From positions 42,365 through 106,364 of the forward strand of contig JAFZRP010000110.1 of assembly GCA_017619795.1 (NCBI GenBank): DNA of 64,000 bases. Direction: 5' to 3'. The notes below the pieces were generated by a model. The model ran no database searches. It had not been told where the DNA came from and saw nothing but the letters and a program-made list of their open reading frames with translations. Origin of the DNA: Treponema sp. GTDB lineage: Bacteria; Spirochaetota; Spirochaetia; Treponematales; Treponemataceae. Each line of letters opens with the position of its first letter. Within the stretch, counting starts at the first letter, position 1. Below are positions 49,572 to 59,332 of this stretch, one piece after another. The translations under genes and the position numbers were made by a program.

Positions 49572-50483
49572 ATGAAAAAAATTATCGCTAAAACAGCTAT
49601 TGCACTCTTACTCATAAGCGCAGCTTCAATCAGCTTGTCCTGTTCAAAGAAAGCCAGCGCACGTATTCCTGAAAAAACTGCTCCTGTAAGCTTTGCCGGC
49701 TGCAGAAGCTCAAGCTACGGAATCCGCCCATTCCCATCAACCGACGAATGGCTTAAATATGCTGCAAAAATCAGCGAACAGTTCCCTGGCAGCGCACCAG
49801 CTTTTGTCTGGATTGTAGGACACGTTGAAGGAAACGGAACCCAAAAAGGCTGTATCCTCAACTTCCCTCTTGAAAAACCAATCGAAGGTGTATGCGACTT
49901 CCCTGCCGACGAAAACGAAGCTTTCCTTACTCTCTGTGACCAGAAGGGTTACCAGGTATGGCTGCAGGTAGAACCGGGCGACGCAGATATAGTTGAATTG
50001 GCTTATCAGACAATGAAGCGCTATAAAAATCACCCTAGCGTAAAAGGTTTTGGCGTAGATGTTGAATGGTACAAATGTGGAAACACAGACGGTTATGGTA
50101 CTCCGCTTACAGATGATGTTGCAAAAGCAATCGACAAGGCTGTAAAGAAGGCAGATCCACGCTTTAACTATTTTGCAAAGCACTGGGACGAAAACTGGAT
50201 GCCGGAAACTTACCGTTCAGACATTATTTTCGTAAACGACAGCCAGGGACACGGTTCTTTGGCAAAAATGCAGAAAGGCTTTAAGGCTTGGGCAGACCAT
50301 TTTGCTCCAAATACTGTTGTTTATCAGATCGGCTACGAAGCAGATGCAAACTTCTGGGGAAAAATGGAAAATCCTGTAAAGGAAATAGGCGACGTTCTTG
50401 CAGAAGGTGTTCAGGAAAATCAAAACTGTGGAATAATCTGGGTTGATTTTACTTTAAAAAAGGTGATGAAGAAGATAAAATGA
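49572..50483 (+). CDS. Hypothetical lipoprotein, GH18-like barrel (paralogue A)
   Basis: Lipobox SLSC; VWLQVEPG, HPSVKGFGVDVEW, KHWD, FVNDSQ, QIGYE, GIIWVDFT. Confidence 0.6.
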   Translation: MKKIIAKTAIALLLISAASISLSCSKKASARIPEKTAPVSFAGCRSSSYGIRPFPSTDEWLKYAAKISEQFPGSAPAFVWIVGHVEGNGTQKGCILNFPLEKPIEGVCDFPADENEAFLTLCDQKGYQVWLQVEPGDADIVELAYQTMKRYKNHPSVKGFGVDVEWYKCGNTDGYGTPLTDDVAKAIDKAVKKADPRFNYFAKHWDENWMPETYRSDIIFVNDSQGHGSLAKMQKGFKAWADHFAPNTVVYQIGYEADANFWGKMENPVKEIGDVLAEGVQENQNCGIIWVDFTLKKVMKKIK

Positions 50484-51418
50484 AAAAGAAAAGCTTAATA
50501 ACAACAATTTTATTGATTCTTGGAGGAGCCGCTTTTATGGCTGGTATTGTTTCTTGCTGCTCAAATGCGGCTAATTCTGCAGAATATTCTGCTGGCAAAG
50601 GCGATGTTGAATGGGCCGGCTGCAGAAGCTCCGAATATGGCATTGATCCGTTCCCTTCCGCAAGCAAATGGGTTTCTTATGTAAATAAAATGTCCGGCTA
50701 CTATGAGGGCAGCAACGGAGCTTTAATCTGGATCGTAGGAACAATTAGAGAAGACAGAAAAGACAAAAAGAAAAACTACTGTCGCCTTAATTTCCCAAAT
50801 CCATCTACAGTTTCCGATACTACAAATATATTATTTTATGAAGATGAAGATGAGAACGAAGCCGCTCTTACTGCTTTTGATAAAGCAGGCTTCTCGGTAT
50901 GGCTGCAGGTTGAACCTGGTGACGCCGATTTGGTTACTCTTGCAACAATTGTAATGAATAAATACAAGTCTCACCCTTGCGTAAAAGGCTTTGGTGTAGA
51001 TGTTGAATGGATTAAACCCGCAGGAACCAATGGTTACGGCACAAGGCTTTCCGATTCTGATGCAAAAAAGATTGATGAAGCTGTAAAGGCAGTAAATCCA
51101 AACTACTCTGTTTTTGTAAAACACTGGGATTCAAGATGGCTTCCAAAAACCTACCGTTCAGACATGATTTTCGTAAATGACAGCCAGATGTTTGGATCTC
51201 TTGAAGAAATGCAGGAAGATTTCCAGGATTGGGCAAATCACTATGCGCCAAACGGAGTTATGTTCCAGATTGGTTACGAGAATGATCGTGATTTATGGAA
51301 GCCTTCTTTCAAGCTCCCTGCCCGCGACTTAGGCGCATATCTTATTGACGGGCTTGAGAAAAACGGACAAAAACGTGGCATTATCTGGGTAGATTTCACC
51401 CTGACTGAAGTGTTATAA
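50480..51418 (+). CDS. Hypothetical lipoprotein, GH18-like barrel (paralogue B)
   Basis: Lipobox IVSC; same motifs as 49572-50483; ATGA overlap with paralogue A. Confidence 0.6.
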   Translation: MKKKSLITTILLILGGAAFMAGIVSCCSNAANSAEYSAGKGDVEWAGCRSSEYGIDPFPSASKWVSYVNKMSGYYEGSNGALIWIVGTIREDRKDKKKNYCRLNFPNPSTVSDTTNILFYEDEDENEAALTAFDKAGFSVWLQVEPGDADLVTLATIVMNKYKSHPCVKGFGVDVEWIKPAGTNGYGTRLSDSDAKKIDEAVKAVNPNYSVFVKHWDSRWLPKTYRSDMIFVNDSQMFGSLEEMQEDFQDWANHYAPNGVMFQIGYENDRDLWKPSFKLPARDLGAYLIDGLEKNGQKRGIIWVDFTLTEVL

Positions 51419-52663
51419 ATGAAGCTGCATTCGGCTGAGACCTTTTTTTCTCAGTTCGAATGCTGCATCCCAGTCAAAAGCTTTGATCCAGGATTCATTA
51501 TCAGTCTCCATAACAACAAACATCTGCTGTAAATATTTATAAGCCGCACCTTCCGCAAGCTCAAACTGATTGTAATCGTTTATGTAAAGCGCAGAATTAT
51601 ACTTTTCCAAAGCCTTATTAAACTGTGGAACATCTTCTGCAATAACCTTTCGTATAAAATCGGCCTTCTCCTGAGGCTGTCCATACAGGAAAATCTTTTC
51701 AGGGTAAAGCAACGGAATAAAAACTGTAAGAGTTTTGAACAAATCTGCAACCCAGAGCCGGTACGCATCATCATCCTTAAAAAGAGAATCAATTATTTCT
51801 TCACTTAAGCCCGACTGCAGGGAATTCTCCCCTTTCCAGGTTGTAGAAATATATTCTCCCGCACAGTATTTTCCACCGTGAACCAGCGAACCCTTTACCG
51901 CAATAGCAAGACCTATACCAATACCCTTCTGCTTAATACCTCCAAAAAGCTTTGTACCTTCTGTTTTCTTTGTAAGTACGCACAGAAAATCCTCTTTCTT
52001 TACATTTTCTCCGCGCTGCATTGCAAACTGCCTCCAGGCAAGACAGCGTGCATCGTTTTCTGCAATACAAGGCACTCCATATCGATTATAAAAAGTATCT
52101 GCAAAATCAAACTCACGAAGTCCAAAAACCTCAGAATCTTTAATAATTCCCTTATCACAGTTAACAATACCAGGAATACTAACGCAAATACCAAGAACTG
52201 GAATATTCAGATTTTTTACAGGCTCAATAATTGCCGCAATAATTTCATCAAGAGCAAAAATAAAACACTTTTCCGGATTATCCTTATTTTCTTCGTCAAG
52301 CGGAGTTTCTTCACGAACAGAATACAGCAAAGAACCATCTACACTAAGCACAACAACCGAATACGACTCCGGATGTAAATCTATACCAACAATACAGCCA
52401 AAGTTTTTGTTTATGGTAAGATAGATTGGACGTCTTCCACCCTTCGAGGTTGAGTTCCCTACTACGCCCTCAAGAATCAAATCCTTTTCAATAAGCAGCG
52501 AAATAATATTTGTAATAGTTGAACGGTACAGCTCAAGATTCTTAGAAATGGCACTGCGGCTTATATTTGTGTTTCGCCATACAGCTTCAAAAACCGAAGA
52601 AATATTAGTGTTTTTCTGGTAATAATTATTGCTGATATACATTTTATTCCTCACAATCATCAT
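51413..52663 (-). CDS. ROK family transcriptional regulator (NagC/XylR-like)
   Basis: HTH ISRSAISKNLELYRSTITNII..L, GGRRP, VGIDL, VSIPGIVN, ENDA, GIGIG, AGEY. Confidence 0.9.
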   Translation of the reverse strand: MMIVRNKMYISNNYYQKNTNISSVFEAVWRNTNISRSAISKNLELYRSTITNIISLLIEKDLILEGVVGNSTSKGGRRPIYLTINKNFGCIVGIDLHPESYSVVVLSVDGSLLYSVREETPLDEENKDNPEKCFIFALDEIIAAIIEPVKNLNIPVLGICVSIPGIVNCDKGIIKDSEVFGLREFDFADTFYNRYGVPCIAENDARCLAWRQFAMQRGENVKKEDFLCVLTKKTEGTKLFGGIKQKGIGIGLAIAVKGSLVHGGKYCAGEYISTTWKGENSLQSGLSEEIIDSLFKDDDAYRLWVADLFKTLTVFIPLLYPEKIFLYGQPQEKADFIRKVIAEDVPQFNKALEKYNSALYINDYNQFELAEGAAYKYLQQMFVVMETDNESWIKAFDWDAAFELRKKGLSRMQLHL

Positions 52664-52727
52664 AAGACGAAAAAAAAATTATGACAAGTTGAAAACCCCT
52701 ATTTTTCTGTTATATTTGTTGTTTTGT

Positions 52728-52756
52728 TGGACAAACTAATAGAATCGTGGTATAAT
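52728..52756 (+). promoter_or_regulatory. Sigma70 promoter TGGACA-N17-TATAAT (extended -10) for the GH20-nagA-hexokinase operon; ACAAACTAAT half-site resembles ROK/XylR boxes
   Basis: Read directly; ATG 52763 lies 6 nt after the -10 box. Confidence 0.6.
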
Positions 52757-52762
52757 ATAATC

Positions 52763-54286
52763 ATGGAAAAGATTATATCTATTATCCCTGCACCTCAGCT
52801 GATTGCAGAAAAACCTGGGGTTTTGCAGACAGAAAACCGCTTTAATTTGTGTTCGGACAGCGAACTCACCTCTTACCTTCCATTTCTTGCCAGCCAGCTT
52901 GAACTGTGCGGCTGTGAATGTGTTGTAAACAAAAAAGGCTCTCCATTCTGTAGTATTAAACTTTCACTCGACAAAAGCCAGAAACCAGAAGCCTATGTTC
53001 TCAACATCACCGACAGAGAAATTGTAATAGAAGCTGCCGACAGAGCGGGCTCTCTTTTTGCCATTCAGAGCTTAAAGCAGCTCATTATCTCAAACAAAAA
53101 TACTCTTCCATGCCTCGAAATCTGCGACTACCCTGCCTTCAAATGGCGCGGCTTCCTTTTAGACACAAGCCGCTTTTTCTTCTCGGTAGAGTTCATTAAA
53201 AAGATGCTGGATGTGCTCTCGTTCCATAAGATGAACCGCTTCCACTGGCACTTAACAGACGATCAGGGCTGGCGCTTCAACGTTCCGGAGTTCCCTTTGC
53301 TTACAAGAGTAGGTTCTCAGCGCAATGCGCATACAATGCCGCTCATGAAAGATACCTACAACGATTACAAGGATCACCAGAATTATTTTTACACAGACAA
53401 AATGATAAAGGAAGTTGTAGACTACGCAGAAAAGCTTAACATAACAATTGTTCCTGAGGTTGAGCTTCCTGGTCACGTTTCTGCCCTTCTTGCTTCTTAT
53501 CCTGAATATGGCTGTACCGGTGGTCCATACCAGGTAGAAAACCGCTGGGGTATTTTTGAAGATGTTCTCTGTCTTGGAAACAAGGGCATCCTTCAGCTTT
53601 ATACAGCCGCCTTCAAAACCCTTATCAGACTTTTCCCTGGACAGTGGATTCATATTGGCGGCGACGAATGTCTTACAGACCGCTGGGAGAAATGTCCAAA
53701 GTGTCAGGAGCTTAAAGCAAAGCTCGGCTTAGATTCAGAAAAACAGCTCCAGTCGTATATTACCAAAACAATGTCGGAAATCATCATCTCTCTTGGAAAA
53801 ACACCAATCGGTTGGGATGAAGTTTTGGACAACACCGAAAAAGAACCTCTTCCAAAAGATGTTATTGTACAGTCCTGGAGAAAAGCAGACGGCGGTAGAA
53901 AACCTGTTGGCATGAAGCATTTTACAATTATGTCTCCACAGGACAAGTGCTACCTGAACTTTAAAAACTACGACAACTTTGAAGAGCCAGGCCGTCTTAG
54001 TGTTACAACTGTAAAGAAAGCCTATTCGTTCTCTCCTTCTGCCGACGACTTTGGCGAGGAAGAAAAGAAATATGTACTCGGCGGAGAATGTAATCTCTGG
54101 ACCGAAGATTTACCTGCATCAAGAGTTGCAGAATATATGATGTTCCCTCGTCTTTGTGCTCTTTCTGAAAGCATGTGGCTCGATAACAGCAAAAAGGATT
54201 TTGAACGATTTAAGAAATCTCTTGATAATCATAAAAAGCGCCTCAGATTTATGGATGTGCTTTATTATGATGGAAAAGTGGAATAA
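52763..54286 (+). CDS. GH20 beta-N-acetylhexosaminidase
   Basis: WRGFLLDTSR, FHWHLTDDQGWR, PEVELPGH, HIGGDE catalytic pair, GWDE, LWTE, FPRL. Confidence 0.96.
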   Translation: MEKIISIIPAPQLIAEKPGVLQTENRFNLCSDSELTSYLPFLASQLELCGCECVVNKKGSPFCSIKLSLDKSQKPEAYVLNITDREIVIEAADRAGSLFAIQSLKQLIISNKNTLPCLEICDYPAFKWRGFLLDTSRFFFSVEFIKKMLDVLSFHKMNRFHWHLTDDQGWRFNVPEFPLLTRVGSQRNAHTMPLMKDTYNDYKDHQNYFYTDKMIKEVVDYAEKLNITIVPEVELPGHVSALLASYPEYGCTGGPYQVENRWGIFEDVLCLGNKGILQLYTAAFKTLIRLFPGQWIHIGGDECLTDRWEKCPKCQELKAKLGLDSEKQLQSYITKTMSEIIISLGKTPIGWDEVLDNTEKEPLPKDVIVQSWRKADGGRKPVGMKHFTIMSPQDKCYLNFKNYDNFEEPGRLSVTTVKKAYSFSPSADDFGEEEKKYVLGGECNLWTEDLPASRVAEYMMFPRLCALSESMWLDNSKKDFERFKKSLDNHKKRLRFMDVLYYDGKVE

Positions 54287-54321
54287 GAGTTTAATATAAA
54301 AAATTGAATAAGGAGGAAGAA

Positions 54322-55491
54322 ATGGCAATTTGTATTCATAATGGAACACTTTTGAATGGAGTTTCAAATGAAGGTCTTTGTGCTGTACTGATAAATGACA
54401 ACGGCAAAATTGAAGATGTTTTCAGTGAGACTCGTTTTAAGCAAAAAACCTTCCCTTCCTCCGTTCAGATTTTTGATGCACATAAAAGCTATATCGCTCC
54501 TGGTTTAATAGACACCCACATTCACGGCTTTAACGGAAACGGTACAGATATTCCTTCTACTGAAGGAATCCTCCAGATGTCAGAAGATCTTGCAAGATAC
54601 GGAGTTACAGCCTTCAACCCTACAATGTACCCTAGCGACGAAGAGGTTATGATAGATACTATCAAGAAGATCGTAGCTGCCATGGGACACGAAAAAGGTG
54701 CTAAAATTAAGGGTATTCATCTTGAAGGACCTTTTATTTCTCCAAAGAAGCTTGGAGTTCAAAAACCGAGCACAGTAAAGCTTCCAGACTTAAACCTTAT
54801 GCAGCGCTTATGGGATGCTTCTGAAGGCCACATTGTAAATATGACCGTTGCCCCTGAGCTTAAAGGAATGCGCGAGCTTGCCCTTGATTGTATTTCAAAA
54901 GGAATAATTCTTCAGGCTGGACACACAGATGCTGAATACAAGCATATGGTAGAAGGAATGCAGGTTGGAATCCTTCACGTAACCCATTTTTTCAACGCCA
55001 TGAGCCATCTTCATCACCGAAACCCGGGCGCAACAGGAGCCGTTCTTATTCATCCGGAAATGTCCTGCGAAATAATTGCAGACGGTGTTCACGTTCACAA
55101 GGATTTGTTCAAGCTTTTACAGCGCGACAAGTCCATAGATAAAATAGTACTTATTACAGACTGCCTTACTCCTACAGAGCAAAAAGCAAAGCATCTTTTT
55201 GCAAATGGAGAAGAGGTTGTAATGCACGGCGGCTGCTTCCATCGTAAGTCTGATGATGTTATAGCCGGTTCTGCACTTACCTTAATGCGGGCAGTTAAAA
55301 ATACAACAGAATATGGTTTTCCACTTAGCGATGCCGTTAGATTCGCAACCTCAAACCCGGCTCGAATTATGAAATACAACGACATAGGTACAATTGCACC
55401 AGGCTATGCTGCCGACATCATTATATTCGACAAAAAATATAACGTGCAGACAGTATTCATAAACGGAAAACTTGTAAAAGGAACCATGTAA
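54322..55491 (+). CDS. nagA: N-acetylglucosamine-6-phosphate deacetylase
   Basis: PGLIDTHIHG, HLEGPFI, MTVAPE, AGHT, THFFNAM, DGVHV, ITD, IAGS. Confidence 0.96.
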   Translation: MAICIHNGTLLNGVSNEGLCAVLINDNGKIEDVFSETRFKQKTFPSSVQIFDAHKSYIAPGLIDTHIHGFNGNGTDIPSTEGILQMSEDLARYGVTAFNPTMYPSDEEVMIDTIKKIVAAMGHEKGAKIKGIHLEGPFISPKKLGVQKPSTVKLPDLNLMQRLWDASEGHIVNMTVAPELKGMRELALDCISKGIILQAGHTDAEYKHMVEGMQVGILHVTHFFNAMSHLHHRNPGATGAVLIHPEMSCEIIADGVHVHKDLFKLLQRDKSIDKIVLITDCLTPTEQKAKHLFANGEEVVMHGGCFHRKSDDVIAGSALTLMRAVKNTTEYGFPLSDAVRFATSNPARIMKYNDIGTIAPGYAADIIIFDKKYNVQTVFINGKLVKGTM

Positions 55492-55492
55492 A

Positions 55493-56812
55493 ATGAGCGA
55501 ACAGTTAAAGATTTTTTTTAAGAAACATCACTTTCAGAGATTCTCAACAGCTTCTCTAATTGAAAATATACTTAATGATATGGATAAAGGCCTTAAGAAC
55601 GATGCAAACTCCCCTTCTAAAGCCTGCCAGCCTATGATCCCAGTTTACGGCTTGCTCCCTGACCAGAATCAGAACACTCACTTCGGGAAAAGTGCAATTA
55701 TTATAGATGCCGGAGGAACAAACTTTCGTTCAGCTCTCGTAAGCTTCTCAGAGGATGGAACTCCAACTATTTCTAATCTGGAAAAAAGCTCTATGCCTGG
55801 CATTGAAAAAGAGCTCTCCAAAGAAGAGTTCTACAATGCAATTGCAGATAAAATTGAATACCTTAAGGACAAGGCAGATAGAATCGGTTTCTGCTTTTCG
55901 TACGCAATGTCCATGACAAAGGATAACGACGGTCAGGTTATTGTTTTCTCAAAGGAGATTAAGGCACCGGAAGTTGTTGGAACCTTTGTTGGCGCAGAGC
56001 TTCTCGCTGTACTTAAAAAACGCGGCTGGAAAACTGTAGAAAAAATTGTTCTCTTAAATGATACTGTTGCCGCTCTTCTTGCAGGACTCGGTCAGAAAAC
56101 AGAAGCCGGAAATCCTTTCAGCTCGTACATTGGCTTTGTATTTGGAACCGGAATGAATAACGCTTATATAGAAGAAAATAACATTCCTAAGATTGATGAT
56201 GATGGTAAAAAACACATAGTTGTATGCGAAGGCGGAATGTATAATAATCTTCTGCTCAGTTCTTTTGATGAAATGCTCGATAAGGACACTGTAAATCCGG
56301 GTGAATCTCTGCTTGAAAAAATGTGCTCCGGCGGATACTTTGGAACGCTTACCTACATCGTTATAAAAACAGCCTGCGAAGAACACATTTTCTCCGCTCC
56401 GTTTGCCGCTCGTTTTAAACAGCTTACTTCTCTTAAAGCCGCAGACATAGACTTATTCCTGGAAGACACCTCTAATCCAGAAACTGTTCTTGGTGCCGTT
56501 GCCGCAGAAGGCTGCATTACCGATATTAAGAAGCTTAAATATATCCTTACAACAATTATAAACAGAACTACCTGTATTGTGACCGCTGTACTTGCCGCAA
56601 CAATAATTAAATGCGGAAAAGGAAAAGACCGTGAAGCTCCAGTTGCAATTGTATGCAATGGTTCTACCTTCTGGAAATGCCATGGACTTGCAGAAAATGT
56701 TGCTAAGAAACTGGAAGATAAGCTTACAGGCAGTTCAAAAGCTTACTTCAAAATCCTTAAGATTGATGATGATATAACCCTCGGAACTGCGCTCGCCGCT
56801 ATAAATGGTTAG
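55493..56812 (+). CDS. Hexokinase (eukaryote-type Hexokinase_1/2 fold)
   Basis: IDAGGTNFR, GFCFSY, FSKEI, LNDTVAALL, GTGMN, EKMCSGGY. Confidence 0.9.
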   Translation: MSEQLKIFFKKHHFQRFSTASLIENILNDMDKGLKNDANSPSKACQPMIPVYGLLPDQNQNTHFGKSAIIIDAGGTNFRSALVSFSEDGTPTISNLEKSSMPGIEKELSKEEFYNAIADKIEYLKDKADRIGFCFSYAMSMTKDNDGQVIVFSKEIKAPEVVGTFVGAELLAVLKKRGWKTVEKIVLLNDTVAALLAGLGQKTEAGNPFSSYIGFVFGTGMNNAYIEENNIPKIDDDGKKHIVVCEGGMYNNLLLSSFDEMLDKDTVNPGESLLEKMCSGGYFGTLTYIVIKTACEEHIFSAPFAARFKQLTSLKAADIDLFLEDTSNPETVLGAVAAEGCITDIKKLKYILTTIINRTTCIVTAVLAATIIKCGKGKDREAPVAIVCNGSTFWKCHGLAENVAKKLEDKLTGSSKAYFKILKIDDDITLGTALAAING

Positions 56813-57957
56813 TTTGCGTTATTCAAAGCTGTTGTTACAGCCTTCTGAAGTGTACAATATGCATCGTCATCGCTAGCAACCCATTCCATTACGCCACCGT
56901 AATTTTCTGAACAGGACCAGTTTACTTTATTAGTAAGAGTTGTCTCGTTATCGTAAACATACAAGTCGTGACCTTTCAGGCTAAGTGCAACTCCATCATT
57001 ATCATCATAAGCCTGAGGATTAGCTGCCCCTTCTCTACCGAGTGCCGCACTTGTACTTGTATAGTTTGAACCACCGCCGTAAGAATGGCAAGGCTCACCA
57101 TTATAGTGAATAACATCATCTTTAATCTTAAACTTTGAACCGTAGAAAGGAAGACCCGTATTAAGCTTTTCCTTAGGACAGCCGGCGTCAACATACTTTT
57201 TCATAGTAAGCTTTGTTTCTGTAAAGTTACCATTATAGCCGATTCTCTTTGTCATTCTGCCGTTGTAGTCAAAGTCGTAGGTCATTACACTTGTAAAATC
57301 GAGAACATCTCTCATCATCTTTACAATAGATTCTTCTGAATAAAACTCTGCAGCCTTCTGACCAGCCATTGTAAGTAAAGTTCCTTTTGGCATTGTTTTT
57401 CTAAGCTGTTTTGCAAAATCAAGATAAGCGGCATTTGCTTCAACATAATCATCATAATATTCCCAGTCCAAATCTATACCGTCGAGCTTATAATTTTTTA
57501 CAAACTGACCAAGCTGGATTGCAAGAGTTTTTCTCTTTGCAGGATCCATCATAACAGGAGTTAGGAACTCACTGAAGCTTCCTCCGCCCAAAGCAGCCAA
57601 AACCTTTACTGTAGGATGATTTTCCTTAAACTCTTTTACAGTATCTTTTGTATGAGGGAAGCTGCTTTCCATAAGGTTGCCTTCATTATCTGTCTTAAAG
57701 AAAGAGATGATTACGTGTGTATACATTTCCGGATAAGCTACTTCGCCGAGTGTATATGTATAAATTACATTTCGGTATTTGCTCACCAGATTTGTTGGCG
57801 AAGGCTCTCCCTTTGAAACAGTATTTTTCGAGCAGGATGTAAAAAGCAAGGACATAGTCGGTATTGTAATAGCAAGGAACAGCGCCAGCAGCTGTGTCAG
57901 TAAAGATAAAATCCTAAATTCTGAATGTCTTAAATCGCAATGCTTCGTTTTTCTCAT
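56809..57957 (-). CDS. GH18 chitinase-like lipoprotein
   Basis: Lipobox FTSC; KVLAALGG, LDGIDLDWEY (DxDxE intact), VMTYD, GLPFYG, GGVMEW. Confidence 0.92.
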   Translation of the reverse strand: MRKTKHCDLRHSEFRILSLLTQLLALFLAITIPTMSLLFTSCSKNTVSKGEPSPTNLVSKYRNVIYTYTLGEVAYPEMYTHVIISFFKTDNEGNLMESSFPHTKDTVKEFKENHPTVKVLAALGGGSFSEFLTPVMMDPAKRKTLAIQLGQFVKNYKLDGIDLDWEYYDDYVEANAAYLDFAKQLRKTMPKGTLLTMAGQKAAEFYSEESIVKMMRDVLDFTSVMTYDFDYNGRMTKRIGYNGNFTETKLTMKKYVDAGCPKEKLNTGLPFYGSKFKIKDDVIHYNGEPCHSYGGGSNYTSTSAALGREGAANPQAYDDNDGVALSLKGHDLYVYDNETTLTNKVNWSCSENYGGVMEWVASDDDAYCTLQKAVTTALNNAN

Positions 57958-57973
57958 AATAATCCCTCTTTTT

Positions 57974-59332
57974 TTATTTATGTATATTTTTTAATAACCA
58001 GATGATGTCGCGGCCTGTCTGGAAATTTTCCACCGTAACACCAAGGCTTCTTTCCTGAAACTTTAATTCAGCACCTGCTCCAAAAGCAATTACGGGAACC
58101 GGCTGAGCAGAATGCCCTGAATCCATACTTATAATACGGGTATAGTCATCCTCCCAGTTTTTTCTGAAATGCAAATCTGCATTTTCGTGGTCGGCAGTTA
58201 CAACAAGAAGTGTATCCGGATTTTCCAGCACAAACTTTGCTGCAATTGCTACACCTTCATCAAAGCACTGCACTTCATTAAAAATCTGAGGAACCTGTTG
58301 GGCGTGTCCCCAACCATCGCAACAGGTATTTTCTATCATGCAGAAAAAGCCGCAATCGTTGTTGGCCTTTGCTTTATGATCCATGGATGTAAGGGTAAAG
58401 GCAACAAGCTCTGGGAAAGTTGGAAGCTCATCATTCTTTCCCATGTTAAAACCGGCAGGAGTGTTTTCTTCATATTCTGCAAAGTTTCCATCCCAGAAGC
58501 TTATTTCCTTATTCTTGTAGCCGCACTCCTTCTCCCCGTTGCACATCTGCGGAAAGGTTTCATAACCCTTCATCCCAGCAGCCTTACCCTCTTCGCTTTC
58601 CACATATTGTCTTATTCCGCAATCTGCTCCTAAAAGCAAATCCGGTTTAAACTTAAACTCTTTTTCGTAAATCAGTTCTTCGTGCTCGCGCGCCTTATCG
58701 TGAACTAAAGCACAAGCTGGAGTTGCGTCTCCTATATGGTCGTTAGTTACAACTCCGACAAACATTCCACGCTCGCGGGCAAGCTCACTAAGATTTTTTA
58801 TTTCGTGTCCGTCTTTATCAAGCCCGATGTAGCCGTATCTGGTTCTTTCGCCGCAGAGGATTGCTGTTCCACCCGCACTGCTGTCTGTTACAAGGAGGCG
58901 GTCGCCATTGTCCGTTTCTCCACTGTAAACAACATCATCATCACACACGTTGTCATTAACATTGTATGGAAGACAATCTGTTGTAGCTGAACGGTAATAA
59001 GGAAGTTCATCCATAAAAAGCGGTCCGTAAAAATGACGTGAACCTTTTAAATGACTTTCTCCCATTCCATCTCCTATCATAAGGATGATGTTTTTTACCT
59101 TCCTGTCCTTAAACAGTCCTTTTTCCTGTGCAATACGAACTGCATCCTTTAATTTCTGCGTTCTGTTTGTTTTGATTAAATCAGACAAATCTGTCTGAAT
59201 CTCATCCAGATCTTCAAAACCGTTTTGCGCTGTATAAGAACCTGCCTCTTTTGTCCAGCCCTCAATCTGTACTCCAGTACCAGATGGAAGCTTCATTTTT
59301 GGCAACGGTTTTTTAATTCGTTCTGGAATCAT
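57974..59332 (-). CDS. Alkaline phosphatase family protein (paralogue 4; no signal peptide)
   Basis: IGDGMG, TDSSAGGTA, DATPA, ENTCCDGWGH, TADHE, SGHS. Confidence 0.9.
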   Translation of the reverse strand: MIPERIKKPLPKMKLPSGTGVQIEGWTKEAGSYTAQNGFEDLDEIQTDLSDLIKTNRTQKLKDAVRIAQEKGLFKDRKVKNIILMIGDGMGESHLKGSRHFYGPLFMDELPYYRSATTDCLPYNVNDNVCDDDVVYSGETDNGDRLLVTDSSAGGTAILCGERTRYGYIGLDKDGHEIKNLSELARERGMFVGVVTNDHIGDATPACALVHDKAREHEELIYEKEFKFKPDLLLGADCGIRQYVESEEGKAAGMKGYETFPQMCNGEKECGYKNKEISFWDGNFAEYEENTPAGFNMGKNDELPTFPELVAFTLTSMDHKAKANNDCGFFCMIENTCCDGWGHAQQVPQIFNEVQCFDEGVAIAAKFVLENPDTLLVVTADHENADLHFRKNWEDDYTRIISMDSGHSAQPVPVIAFGAGAELKFQERSLGVTVENFQTGRDIIWLLKNIHK

